Shown: one piece after another, positions 12,301-27,300 of the stretch
How positions within the stretch are numbered: position 1 is the stretch's first letter
Layout: each line of letters begins with the position of its first letter
Source: Mizuhopecten yessoensis
Taxonomy: Eukaryota
DNA length: 64,000 bases
NCBI RefSeq assembly: GCF_002113885.1
Contig: NW_018408864.1
Coordinates: forward strand, 1,095,718 to 1,159,717
Reading direction: 5' to 3'
The notes under the pieces: model-generated
What the model was told of the DNA's origin: nothing
What the model saw: the letters and a program-made list of their open reading frames with translations, nothing else
The model's database searches: none
Made by a program: the position numbers and the translations under genes

Positions 12301-15300
12301 GGGAATAAACCGGAATGAATATTGTTCAAGCCGTTAACAAAAGTACGGCTATATATATATCTTTGTTTACAATATAAACATATTATGGAGAAAGGAAGTT
12401 TGAACTCAGATTTTGTAGCAGATCTAACAAAGGATATTGCTTAAAAAGGATATTTCCTTTTTACCGGAACCGATAAGTAATATTCGATTTGCTTGTTAAA
12501 GTTTGAATATTCATTTGTAAATCAGAAGAAAACATTTCACATGATAATGCACTAAAATCAGGATTGATAACTGGAGTTAAATGCAGGTAATCAGCAAAAC
12601 ACCTTTCCACAGGAAAATAAAATATACAGTAGCTCACACACCAGTACTAAGCTATAGAGTTGGTGATCTGTGCTGGCCTTTTATATTAAGACAAGCACTG
12701 ATAGAAATGTTTATTGTTTGATGTGTTGGGAAAACACTTAAACATGTTTATGAACTACTTGCAGGTCTTCATGAGTCAATTACTGGCTGTTGCGCAATAA
12801 CAGACGAGCTCATTCGTAATGAAAGGTGTGTTTGTATTGCTGTTACAGTAATATCCAATATAATCTGAATTTTACAATTGTCAAAAAACTCGTGAAAATG
12901 TAAGGTTGACAAGGAACGTGAATTTTATTTTGACTTTATCTAGAAAACAATTCAATGCTATGGTGATTTGGTAAAAATAAAATAAAATATATTATTTTAT
13001 TTTTATCATAAAAAGTAATAAGAAATGTTTACCATTTTATTAATTTTTTTTTTCTTTTCTAAAATCAAATTAAGTGCACACAATATATAAATACGCATTC
13101 AACTGTTCTAACTGTTGATGACTAACATACATGATTTGTTTGTCAGGATACAGTGCAATACTATTGAAATCGACCCAGCTACCGACCCTGACTACTCCCA
13201 CACATGTATGGGCCTGCGGAGATCACTACCTGCAAGGGGAGAACACATTTGTGAAGCAGGTATGTCTATTTGTGATTATTTGTGCTCGTGATATTTTACT
13301 GGAAATCTAGACGATGTTTGAAATAATGGCCAATCATTAGGCATAGCCTAGCGGGCTTCAAGGGATATGTATGTTACCGATGTGTGTTCATACAAGCATG
13401 AAATTGAAACAAAATGATATTCAATCCTTATGTTTGGAACGGAATAAAATTACTGTATTTAACAGTGCATTTTGACGTTACAACAGAAATGACATCATAA
13501 AGTGAATATTGACCCGCTATTAATAGAAACACCGATTCATTATCACAAATCACCAATTTCTTCGTGATTATAACCTAAACAATGATGATTTAGGAATATT
13601 TGGTTATAATCAAAGCTTCTTTTCCAGGCGTCCGGGAGCAGCTGAATGATATCACTTCTTACGTTGACGGTTCACAGATTTATGGTTCTACAGAAGAAGT
13701 AGCAAAGAGTCTACGTACATTTAAGAACGGTTAGATTGCATTATATCTTTCAAACACACGATTGATTGTGAATGCAGGGTTGGTATTGAAATACAAATCT
13801 ATAGTAACGAGGAACTTGAACAACCATATTTTCCTTCTTTTATGAGTTTCATATATATATATATATATATAAACATATGTGTTTTATTTGTCCATGAATT
13901 ATTTAGATTGACATATCTATTCAACTTAATTTGAATTTTATAATTTCATTAACGAAATATCAGGAATAGGATATTTGATAAAAAGGTAAATGTACGACAT
14001 GTGATATCTTCACATTTGGAAATATCCCTTTTAATATTGTCCAACCGTATGTAATTTCTATGCACTGCGTTTTCAGTTTCAAGTTCAGATGAAGAGCTAA
14101 CAGATGTTTTGGTATACCTTTGCATCACACATTATAATATTTACATAACTACATGTACACAATTTATATATATATATATTTTAGAAATCTTAATAGATAA
14201 TACCACCAAACGGCAGAATTGTTTTGAGTGACCCATTCAAAATGGTGCTCTGCTTTGTTGTCAAGCGTAACGCCATGTAACTTGACTATAACTATAAAGC
14301 TGCTGATTCCCGCTCTTTTTAACTGCAGCAGTAAATGCGTCCTGTTACTTAGAAAGTGTTATACTTAGAACATTTAATGGTTTTCTGGTATTCAACTCAA
14401 AACCATTCAATATCAAAATATTGAATAACATCATATCATTGTTTCTTTCATATTAAACTCTATTACAGGCAAACTACTTGTGGCAGACAGTGACTTACTT
14501 CCTAAGAACAGCGATACTGCATGTGTATTGGATGACCCGGATAAGAATCATTGCTTTTTAGCAGGTTTGTATCATATGGGTGTATCACGTTTGTCGTATT
14601 GTGGATATAGCTGAACACATTTCGAGAGATATGTTTTCTCACTAAATCTAAAAAAATATCGAGTGAAAATTTCTTTATATCACGAAAAGTTTCGTTTAAT
14701 GGTTTCCCATTATGAAGCGTGGTGGTCTAAGATAAGGTAAATGAGTATCAATCGTGACGAGGACTGTTTTACAAATCCTTCAAACTGACTCTATGGTCAG
14801 AAATGGTGCAAAATTATTCAATGCCATAATACAGTACCTTTCCAAGATAAATTTGAGCCAAATTAAGCTCTGACTTGTTCGAAGACCTACCTATATATGT
14901 TTGATGACCGACTTGACCATGTTTGATGACCAACCTGACCATGTTTGAAGACCGACCTGAACATGTTTGATGACCGACCGGACCATGTTTGATAACGGAC
15001 CTGACCATGTTTGATCACCGACTTGACCATGTTTGATGACAGACCTGACAATGTTTGATAACCGACCTGACAATGTTTGATAACCGACCTGACCGTGTTT
15101 GATGTCAGACCTCACCATGTTTGATGTCAGGCCTGACCATGTTTGATGCCCGACCTGGCAATGTTTAATGTCAGACCTGACCAAGTTTGATGACCGACCT
15201 GACCGTGTTTGATGACCGACCTGAAAGCTCTGACTTGTTCGAAGACCTACCTATATATATTTGATGACCGACTTGACCATGTTTGATGACAGACCTGACA

Positions 15301-18300
15301 ATGTTTGATAACCGACCTGACCAGGTTTGATAACCCACATGACCATGTTGGCCATGTTTGATGACTGATGTCAGACCTGACCGTGTTTGATGACCGACCT
15401 GACAATTTTTGATGACCAACCTGAACATGTTTGAAGACCGACCGAAATATGTTTGATAACCGACCCGACCATGTTTGATAACCAACATGATCATTTTTGA
15501 TGTCAGACCTGAGCTTGCTTGATGCCCTATGTAGCCATGTTTGAAAAACGACCTGACAATGTTTGATAACCGACCTGGCAATGTTTAATGTATATGTTTG
15601 ATGACCGACCTGAAAGCTCTGACTTGTTCGAAGACCTCCCTATATATGTTTGATGACCGAGTTGACCATGTTTGACGACCAACCTGACCATGTTTGATCA
15701 CCGGCCTGACCATGTTTGATGCCCGACCTGGCAATGTTTAATGTATATGTTTGATGACCGAGTTGACCATGTTTGACGACCAACCTGACCATGTTTGATC
15801 ACCGGCCTGACCATGTTTGATAACCAACATGATCATTTTTGATGTCAGACCTGAACATGTTTGATGTAAAATCTGACCATATTTGATGTCCACCCTGACA
15901 ATGTTTAATGTCCAGGCTGACCATGTTTGAAGACCGACCGAAATATGTTTGATAACCGACCTGGCAATGTTTAATGTCAGACCTGACCAAGTTTGATGAC
16001 CGACCTGACAATTTTTGATGACCAACCTGACCCTGTTTGAAGACCGACCTGAACATGTTTGATAACCGACCTGGCAATGTTTAATGTCAGACCTGACCAA
16101 GTTTGATGACCGACCTGACCACGTTTGATGTCAGACCTGAACATGTTTGATGACCGAGCTGACCATGTTTGATGTAAAATCTGACCATGTTTGATGACAG
16201 ACCTGACAATGTTTGATGTCAGACCTCACCATGTTTGATGACCGACTTGTCCATGTTTGATGACCGAACTAACCATGTTTGATGTCCGACCTGGCAATGT
16301 TTAATGTCAGACCTGACCAAGTTTGATGACCGACCTGACCACGTTTGATGTCAGACCTGAACATGTTTGATGTAAAATCAAACCATGTTTGATGTCCGAC
16401 CTGGCAATGTTTAATGTCCTTGCTGATCATGTTTGATAACCGACATTACCATGTTGGCCATGTTTGATGACCGACCGGACCATGTTTGATAACAGACCTG
16501 ACAATGTTTGATAACCGACCTGAACATGTTTGATAACAGACCCGACCATGTTTGATAACCAACATGATCATTTTTGATGTCAGACCTGAACATGTTTGAT
16601 GTAAAATCTGACCATGTTTGATGTCCGACCTGGCAATGTTTAATGTCAGACCTGACCAAGTTTGATGACCGACCTGAAAGCTCTGACTTGTTCGAAGACC
16701 TCCCTATATATGTTTGATGACCGACCGGACCATGTTTGATAACAGACCCGACCATGTTTGATAACCAACATGATCATTTTTGATGTCAGACCTGAGCTTG
16801 CTTGATGCCCTATGTAGCCATGTTTGAAAAACGACCTGACAATGTTTGATAACCGACCCGCCCATGTTTGATGTCAGACTTGACCATGTTTGATAACCAA
16901 CATGATCATTTTTGATGTCAGACCTGAACATGTTTGATGTAAAATCAAACCATGTTTGATGTCCGACCTGGCAATGTTTAATGTCAGACCTGACCAAGTT
17001 TGATGACCGACCTGACAATTTTTGATGACCAACCTGAACATGTTTGAAGACCGACCGAAATATGTTTGATAACCGACCTGGCAATGTTTAATGTATATGT
17101 TTGATGACCGACCTGACCATGCTTGATGTCAGACCTGACTATGTTTGATGACCGACTTGATCATGTTTGATGACCAACCTGACCCTGTTTGAAGACCGAC
17201 CTGACCATGTGTGATAACCGACATGACCATGTTGGCCATGTTTGATGACGAACCATGTTTGATAACCGACCTGGCAATGTTTAATGTCAGACCTGACCAA
17301 GTTTGATGACCGACCTGACAATGTTTGATAACCGACCTAACCATGTATGATCAACGACCTGACCATGTTTGGTAACCGACATGACCATGCTTGAAGACCG
17401 ACCTCACCATGTTTGATGACCGACATGACAATGTTTGATGACCGACATGACAATGTTTGATGACCGACATGATCATGTTTGATGTTAGACCTGTCCATGT
17501 TTGATAACCGACCTAACCATGTATGATCAACGACCTGACCATGTTTGATATACAGTACCTTTCCAAGATAAATTTGAGCCAAATTAAGCTCTGACTTGTT
17601 CGAAGACCTCCCTATATATGTTTGATGACCGACCTGACCACGTTTGATGTCAGACCTGGATAACCGACCTGACCAGGTTTGATAACCCACATGACCATGT
17701 TGGCCATGTTTGATGACCGACCGGACCATGTTTGATAACGGACCTGACCATGTTTGAGAACCGACATGATCATGTATGATGTTAGACCTGACCATGTTTG
17801 GTAACCGACATGACCATGCTTGAAGACCGACCTCACCATGTTTGATGTCAGATCTGACCATTTTTGATGACCGATCTGACCATGTTTGATGTCAGTCCTG
17901 ACCATGTTTGATCACCGGCCTGACCATGTTTGATAACCTACATGATCATGTTTGATGTCAGACTTGACCATGTTTGATGTCAAATCTAACCATGTTTGAT
18001 GCCCGACCTGGCAATGTTTAATGTATATGTTTGATGACCGAGTTGACCATGTTTGACGACCAACCTGACCATGTTTGATATACAGTACCTTTCCAAGATA
18101 AATTTGAGCCAAATTAAGCTCTGACTTGTTCGAAGACCTCCCTATATATGTTTGATGACCGACTTGATCATGTTTGATGACCAACCTGAACATGTTTGAA
18201 GACCGACCGAAATATGTTTGATAACCGACCTGGCAATGTTTAATGTCCTTGCTGATCATGTTTGATAACCGACATTACCATGTTGGCCATGTTTGATGAC

Positions 18301-21300
18301 CGAACTAACCATGTTTGATGTCCGACCTGGTCATGTTTCATAACCGTCCCGACCATGTTTGATGTCCGACCTGACCATGGTAGATGTCCGACCTGGCCAT
18401 GTTTGATAACCGACATTACCATGTTGGCCATGTTTGATGACTGATGTCAGACCTGACCGTGTTTGATGTCAGACCTGAACATGTTTGATGTAAAATCTGA
18501 CCATATTTGATGTCCACCCTGACAATGTTTAATGTCCAGGCTGACCATGTTTGAAGACCGCCCTGACCATGTTTGATGCCCGACCTGGCAATGTTTGATG
18601 TCGGCCTTACCATGTTTGAAGACCGCCCTGACCATGTTTGATGACAGACCTGACAATGTTTGATGACCGACATGACCATGTTTGAAGACCGTCCTGACCA
18701 TTTTTGATAACCGACATGACAATGTTTGATGACCGACCTGACCACGTTTGATGTCAGACCTGACTATGTTTGATCACCGACCTGAACATGTTTGATAACC
18801 GACCTGGCAATGTTTAATGTCAGACCTGACCAAGTTTGATGACCGACCTGACAATTTTTGATGACCAACCTGACCATGTTTGATATACAGTACCTTTCCA
18901 AGATAAATTTGAGCCAAATTAAGCTCTGACTTGTTCGAAGACCTACCTATATATGTTTGATGACCGACCGGACCATGTTTGATAACGGACCTGACCATGT
19001 TTGAAGACCGTCCTGACCATGTTTGATCACCGACTTGACCATGTTTGATGACAGACCTGACCATGTTTGGTAACCGACATGACCATGTTTGAAGACCGTC
19101 CTGACCATGTTTGATCACCGACTTGACCATGTTTGATGACAGACCTGACAATGTTTGATGACCGACCTAACCATGTTTGATGTCCGACCTGGTCATGTTT
19201 GATAACCGACCCGACCATGTTTGATGTCAGACCTGACCATGTTTGATGACCGACCTGACCATGTTTGATGTCAGACCTGACCATGTTTGATGACCGACCT
19301 GACCATGTTTGATGTCAGACCTGATCATGTCGATCTGACCATGTTTGATAACCGACCTGACAATGTTTGATGACCGACCTGACCATGTTTGATGTCGGAC
19401 CTGACCATGTTTGATGTCAGACCTGACCATGTTTGATCACAGACCTGACCATGTTTGTTGTCAGACCTGACCATGTTTAGTGTCCGACTTGACCATGTTT
19501 GATGTCCGACCTGGCCATGTTTGATGACCGACCTGACCATGTTTGATAACCGACCTGACCATGTTTGATGTAAAATCTAACCATGTTTGATGTCCGACCT
19601 GGCAATGTTTAATGTCCTTGCTGATCATGTTTGATAACCGACCTGACCATGTTTGATGACCGACCTAACCATGTTTGATGACCGACCTGACCATGTTTGA
19701 TAACCGACCTGGCCATGTTTGATGACCGACCTGACCATGTTTGATAACCGACCTGGCCATGTTTGATGACCGACCTAACCATGTTTGATGACCGACCTGA
19801 CCATGTTTGATGTCAGATCTGACCAGGTTTTTGAGGACCGACCTGACCATGTTTGATGTCGGACCTGACCATGTTTGATGTCAGACCTGACCATGTTTGA
19901 TTTCCGACCTGACCATGTTTGATAACCGACATGACCATGTTTGAAGACCGACGGAAATATGTTTGATAACCGACCTGATCATGTTTGATGTCTACCCTAA
20001 CCATGTTTGACGACCAACCTGACCTTGCTTGATGTCCTATGTAGCCATGTTTGAAAAACGACCTGACAATGTTTGAAAAAAGACCTGACCATGTTTGATG
20101 TAAAATCTAACCATGTTTGATGTCCGACCTGGCAATGTTTAATGTCCTTGCTGATCATGTTTGATAACCGACCTGACCATGTTTGATGTAAAATCTAACC
20201 ATGTTTGATGTCCGACCTGGCAATGTTTAATGTCCTTGCTGATCACGTTTGATAACCGACCTAACCATGTATGATCACCGACCTGACCATGTTTGATGTA
20301 AAATCTAACCATGTTTGATAACTGATCTGACCATTGTAATGTCCGACCTAACCATGTTTGATGTCCGACCTGGTCATGTTTGATAACCGACCCGACCATG
20401 TTTGATGTCAGACCTGACCATGTTTGATCACCGACCTGACCATGTTTGATGTCAGATCTGACCATGTTTTTGATGACCGACCTGACCATGTTTGATGTCG
20501 GACCTGACCATGTTTGATGTCAGACCTGCCCATGTTTGATCACAGACCTGACCATGTTTGTTGTCAGACCTGACCATGTTTAGTGTCCGACTTGACCATG
20601 TTTGATGTCCGACCTGGCAATGTTTGATGACCGACCTGACCATGTTTGATGTCGGACCTGACCATGTTTGATGTCAGACCTGCCCATGTTTGATCACAGA
20701 CCTGACCATGTTTGTTGTCAGACCTGACCTTGTTTAGTGTCCGACTTGACCATGGTTGATGTCCGACCTGGCCATGTTTGATGACGAACCATGTTTGATA
20801 ACCGACCTGACCATGTTTGATGTAAAATCTAACCATGTTTGATGTCCGACCTGGCAATGTTTAATGTCCTTGCTGATCATGTTTGATAACCGACCTGACC
20901 ATGTTTGATGACCGACCTAACCATGTTTGATGACCGACCTGACCATGTTTGATGTCAGACCTGATCATGTTTGATAACCGATCTGACCATGTTTGATAAC
21001 CGACCTGACAATGTTTGATGACCGACCTGGCCATGTTTGATGTCAGACCTGACCATGTTTGATGTCCGACCTGGCCATGTTTGATGACGAACCATGTTTG
21101 ATAACCGACCTGACCATGTTTGATGACCGACCTAACCATGTTTGATGTCAGACCTGACCATGTTTGATCACAGCCCTGACCATGTTTGTTGTCAGACCTG
21201 ACCATGTTTAGTGACCGACTTGACCATGTTTGATGTCCGACCTGGCCATGTTTGATGACCGACCTAACCATGTTTGATGACCGACCTGACCATGTTTGAT

Positions 21301-24300
21301 GTCAGATCTGACCATGTTTGATGACCGACCTGACCATGTTTGATGTCAGATCTGACCAGGTTTTTGAGGACCGACCTGACCATGTTTGATGTCGGACCTG
21401 ACCACGTTTGATGTCAGACCTGACCATGTTTGATCACAGCCCTGACCATGTTTGTTGTCAGACCTGACCATGTTTAGTGTCCGTCTTGACCATGTTTGAT
21501 GTCCGACCTGGCCATGTTTGATGACCGACCTAACCATGTTTGATGACCGACCTGACCATGTTTGATGTCAGACCTGACCATGTTTGATTTCCGACCTGAC
21601 CATGTTTGATAACCGACATGACCATGTTTGAAGACCGACTGAAATATGTTTGATAACCGACCTGATCATGTTTGATGTCAAACCTGACCATGGGTGATCA
21701 CAGACCTGACCATGTCTGTTGTCAGACCTGACCATGGTTAGGGTCCGGCTTGACCATGTTTGATGTCCGACCTGACAATGTTTAGTGTCCCACCTGACCA
21801 TGTTTGATGTACGACCTGACCATGTTTGATGAACGACCTGATCATGTTTGATGTCTACCCTAACCATGTTTGACGACCAACCTGACCTTGCTTGCTGTCC
21901 TATGTAGCCATGTTTGAAAAACGCCCTGACAATGTTTGAAAAAAGACCTGACCATGTTTGATGACCGTCCTATCCATGTTTGATGACTGACATGACCATG
22001 TTTGATGTCAGATCTGACCATGTTTTTGATGACCGACCTGACCTTGTTTGCTCCCAGACCTGACCATGTTTGATGTCTATCCTAACCATGTTTGACGACC
22101 AACCTGACCTTGCTTGATGTCCTATGAAGCCATGTTTGAAAAACGACCTGACAATGTTTGAAAATAGACCTGACCATGTTTGATGTAAGGCCTGACCATG
22201 TTTGATGTAAAATCTAACCATGTTTGATGTCCGACCTGACAATGTTTAGTGTCCCACCTGACCATGTTTGATGTAAGGCCTGACCATGTTTGATGTAAGA
22301 CCTGACCATGTTTGATCACAGACCTGACCATGTTTGGTGTCAGACCTGACCATGTTTAGTGTCCGCCCTGACCATGTTTGATAACTGATCTGACCATTGT
22401 AATGTCCGACCTAACCATGTTTGAAGACCGACTGAAATATGTTTGATAACCGACCTGGCCATGTTTGATGACCGACCTTAACATGTTTGATGTCAGACCT
22501 AACCATGTTTGATCACCGACATGACCATGTTTGATAACCGGCCTGGCCATGTTTGATGTCAGACCTGGCCATGTTTGATGACCCACATGACCATGTTTGA
22601 TGACCGACCTGACGATGTTTGATGTCAGACCTGACAATGTTTAGTGTCCCACCTGACCATGTTTGATGTAAGGCCTGACCATGTTTGATGTCCGACCTGG
22701 CAATGTTTAATGTCCTTGCTGATCATGTTTGATAACCATGTGATCACTTGAAGTATCCAGCTAGTAGTCCTGACCATGTTTGATCACAGACCTGACCATG
22801 TCTGTTGTCAGACCTGACCATGTTTAGTGTCCGCCCTGACCATGTTTGATGACGGACCTGACCATGTTTGATTTACGACCTGACAATGTTTGATGTCAGA
22901 CCTGATCATGTTTGATGTCAAACCTGACCATGTTTGATTACCGCCCTGACCATGTTTGATGACGGACCTGACCATGTTTGATGGCCGACCTGACCATGTT
23001 TGATATCAGACCTGACAATGTTTGATGACCGACCTGACGATGTTTGATGTCAGACCTGACAATGTTTAGTGTCCCACCTGACCATGTTTGATGTCCGACC
23101 TGGCCATGTTTGATTTCCGACCTGTCCATGTTTGATAACCGACAGGACCATGTTTGAAGACCGACGGAAATATGTTTGATAACCGACCTGACAATGTTTG
23201 ATGTCAAACCTGACCATGTTTGATCACAGACCTGACCATGTTTGTTGTCAGACCTGACCATGTTTAGTGTCCGACCTGACCATGTTTGATGTCCGACCTG
23301 GCCATGTTTGATAACCGACCTGACCATGTTTGATAACCGACCTGACCATGTTTGATGACCGACCTGACCATGTTTGATGTCAGATCTGACCATGTTTGAT
23401 GACCGACCTGACCATGTTTGATGTCAGACCTGACCATGTTTGATTTCCGACCTGACCATGTTTGATAACCGACATGACCATGTTTGAAGACCGACTGAAA
23501 TATGTTTGATAACCGACCTGATCATGTTTGATGTCTACCCTAACCATGTTTGACGACCAACCTGAGCTTGCTTGATGTCCTATGTAGCCATGTTTGATAA
23601 ACGACCTGACAATGTTTGAAAAAAGACCTGACCATGTTTGATGTAAAATCTAACCATGTTTGATGTCCGACCTGGCAATGTTTAATGTCCTTGCTGATCA
23701 TGTTTGATAACCGACCTAACCATGTATGATCACCGACCTGACCATGTTTGATGTAAAATCTAACCATGTTTGATAACTGATCTGACCATTGTAATGTCCG
23801 ACCTAACCATGTTTGATGTCCGACCTGGTCATGTTTGATAACCGACCCGACCATGTTTGATGTCAGACCTGACCATGTTTGATGACCGACCTGACCATGT
23901 TTGATGTCAGACCTGACCATGTTTGATGACCGACCTATCCATGTTTGATGACCGACATGACCATGTTTGATGACCGACCTGACCATGTTTGATTACCGAC
24001 CTGGCCATGTTTGATGACCGACATGACCATGTTTGATGACCGACCTGACCATGTTTGATAACCGACCTGGCCATGTTTGATGACCGACCTAACCATGTTT
24101 GATGACCGACCTGACCATGTTTGATAACCGACCTGACCATGTTTGGTGTCCGACCTGAACATGTTTGATAACCGACCTGACAATGTTTGATGTCAAACCT
24201 GATCATGTTTGATAACCATGTGATCACTTGAAGTATCCAGCTAGTATCTGCTTGGAAAATGCACTGAGATTGTTTCGAGGTAGAAAAGTAATTAAAGAAT

Positions 24301-27300
24301 GGAGGAATAATAAAATGATGTCTCCCTTGCTTCTAGAGACTCAATAAGCCTTTAATCACAGTGTACCTGGAGATGATATAACCAAAAGCCTTTCAATAGT
24401 TATTGAGTTATTTTGTGTATTTGAACTTTTCGTTCTCATAACGCTGACGGTAGTAACAAGGTTAGATAACATAAGTAAATAATCATTTTAAGTACATATA
24501 ATTTTGTTTATCTCACAATTTCAAACATGTTAATGTAATTCATTATTACGACAAGAATGTATATCAATCTAATTTGAGCCGATTTTAAACAACGGGAAAG
24601 AAATGAAATTTTGAGACTGAGCAGGGAATATAAAATCTTATTATTGAAGATTAAATAAAGGAGTTGATTGGAAAAGTATTGTCAACTTTGTGACGTAATG
24701 TTGTTTTAACGTATTTCAGGTGACGTCAGAGTGAACGAGAATCCTCAGCTCATGGCTTTACATACGGCATTTGTACGCTACCACAACGCCCTGTGTGATA
24801 GGCTAGTATTTCAGGGACTTTCAATAGATGAAGACATATACCAAATAGCTAGGAAAATTATTGGGGCAATTCTGCAGAATACCCTCTACGGACAATGGCT
24901 ACCTAGCGTCATCGGCGCAGATTTGATGGATAAAGAAGGATTAACAGTTGGATCTACGTTCAACTATAACGACACAATCGACGCAACTATCTTGAACGCT
25001 TTCGCTGGGGCAGCCTTTAGGTAAACACTCTTACATCTCAGAATAACTTTGTGTTGGCATGGAACTTTCGCATCATTGTCTGCTATTTACTCAGTCGGGT
25101 AGCGCAGTGGATAGCGCACTCGTCCGTCACCAAGACGGCCTCGAATCGACACCCAAATCTGACATGAGAAATGTGTCATCTCCAGCCCGATCATGTGATG
25201 TGAACACGGAAATTCCGGTTTCCTCCCATATTAAAGACGCCCTGTCCATTTCATTCTGGGGGACAAAAGTGACCAACATTAACTCGAACACAAACTTGTT
25301 TTATACTTTGAGAATAGGCCAGTCGTTTTTTAAACTTTGCAATATGTTTAACAGGAATGTTGTCCGAGTATGAAGTAAAACTGAAAACACTGAATACATG
25401 CAAACTTATCCTACACTATCAAACGTTATTAAACTGTAAGCCATGTTCCCCTATCTAACACTAGTTATCCTGATAAAGCTGTAAGCCGTGTTACCCTATC
25501 CCACACTAGCTATCCTGATAAAGCTGTTAGCCGTGTTACCCTATCCCACACTAGTTATCCTGATAAAGCTGTTAGCCGTGTTACCCTATCCCACACTAGT
25601 TATCCTGATAAAGCTGTAAGCCGTGTTACCCTATCCCACACTAGTTATCCTGATAAAGCTGTAAGCCGTGTTACCCTATCCCACACTAGTTATCCTGATA
25701 AAGCTGTAAGCCGTGTTACCCTATCCCACACTAGTTATCCTGATAAAGCTGTAAGCCGTGTTACCCTATCCCACACTAGTTATCCTGATAAAGCTGTAAG
25801 CCGTGTTACCCTATCCCACACTAGTTATCCTGATAAAGCTGTAAGCCGTGTTACCCTATCCCACACTAGTTATCCTGATAAAGCTGTAAGCCGTGTTACC
25901 CTATCCCACACTAGTTATCCTGATAAAGCTGTAAGCCGTGTTACCCTATCCCACACTAGTTATCCTGATAAAGCTGTAAGCCGTGTTACCCTATCCCACA
26001 CTAGTTATCCTGATAAAGCTGTAAGCCGTGTTACCCTATCCCACACTAGTTATCCTGATAAAGCTGTAAGCCGTGTTACCCTATCCCACACTAGTTATCC
26101 TGATAAAGCTGTAAGCCGTGTTACCCTATCCCACACTAGTTATCCTGATAAAGCTGTAAGCCGTGTTACCCTATCCCACACTAGTTATCCTGATAAAGCT
26201 GTAAGCCGTGTTACCCTATCCCACACTAGTTATCCTGATAAAGCTGTAAGCCGTGTTACCCTATCCCACACTAGTTATCCTGATAAAGCTGTAAGCCGTG
26301 TTACCCTATCCCACACTAGTTATCCTGATAAAGCTGTAAGCCGTGTTACCCTATCCCACACTAGTTATCCTGATAAAGCTGTAAGCCGTGTTACCCTATC
26401 CCACACTAGTTATCCTGATAAAGCTGTAAGCCGTGTTACCCTATCCCACACTAGTTATCCTGATAAAGCTGTAAGCCGTGTTACCCTATCCCACACTAGT
26501 TATCCTGATAAAGCTGTAAGCCGTGTTACCCTATCCCACACTAGTTATCCTGATAAAGCTGTAAGCCGTGTTACCCTATCCCACACTAGTTATCCTGATA
26601 AAGCTGTAAGCCGTGTTACCCTATCCCACACTAGTTATCCTGATAAAGCTGTAAGCCGTGTTACCCTATCCCACACTAGTTATCCTGATAAAGCTGTAAG
26701 CCGTGTTACCCTATCCCACACTAGTTATCCTGATAAAGCTGTAAGCCGTGTTACCCTATCCCACACTAGTTATCCTGATAAAGCTGTAAGCCGTGTTACC
26801 CTATCCCACACTAGTTATCCTGATAAAGCTGTAAGCCGTGTTACCCTATCCCACACTAGTTATCCTGATAAAGCTGTAAGCCGTGTTACCCTATCCCACA
26901 CTAGTTATCCTGATAAAGCTGTAAGCCGTGTTACCCTATCCCACACTAGTTATCCTGATAAAGCTGTAAGCCGTGTTACCCTATCCCACACTAGTTATCC
27001 TGATAAAGCTGTAAGCCGTGTTACCCTATCCCACACTAGTTATCCTGATAAAGCTGTAAGCCGTGTTACCCTATCCCACACTAGTTATCCTGATAAAGCT
27101 GTAAGCCGTGTTACCCTATCCCACACTAGTTATCCTGATAAAGCTGTAAGCCGTGTTACCCTATCCCACACTAGTTATCCTGATAAAGCTGTAAGCCGTG
27201 TTACCCTATCCCACACTAGTTATCCTGATAAAGCTGTAAGCCGTGTTACCCTATCCCACACTAGTTATCCTGATAAAGCTGTAAGCCGTGTTACCCTATC

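Noticed and set aside
14814-24227. Dozens of minus-strand [14 protein letters not shown] ORFs
   Set aside because: The 22-bp unit cycles through all frames; overlapping ORFs give the same peptide, and there is no gene structure.
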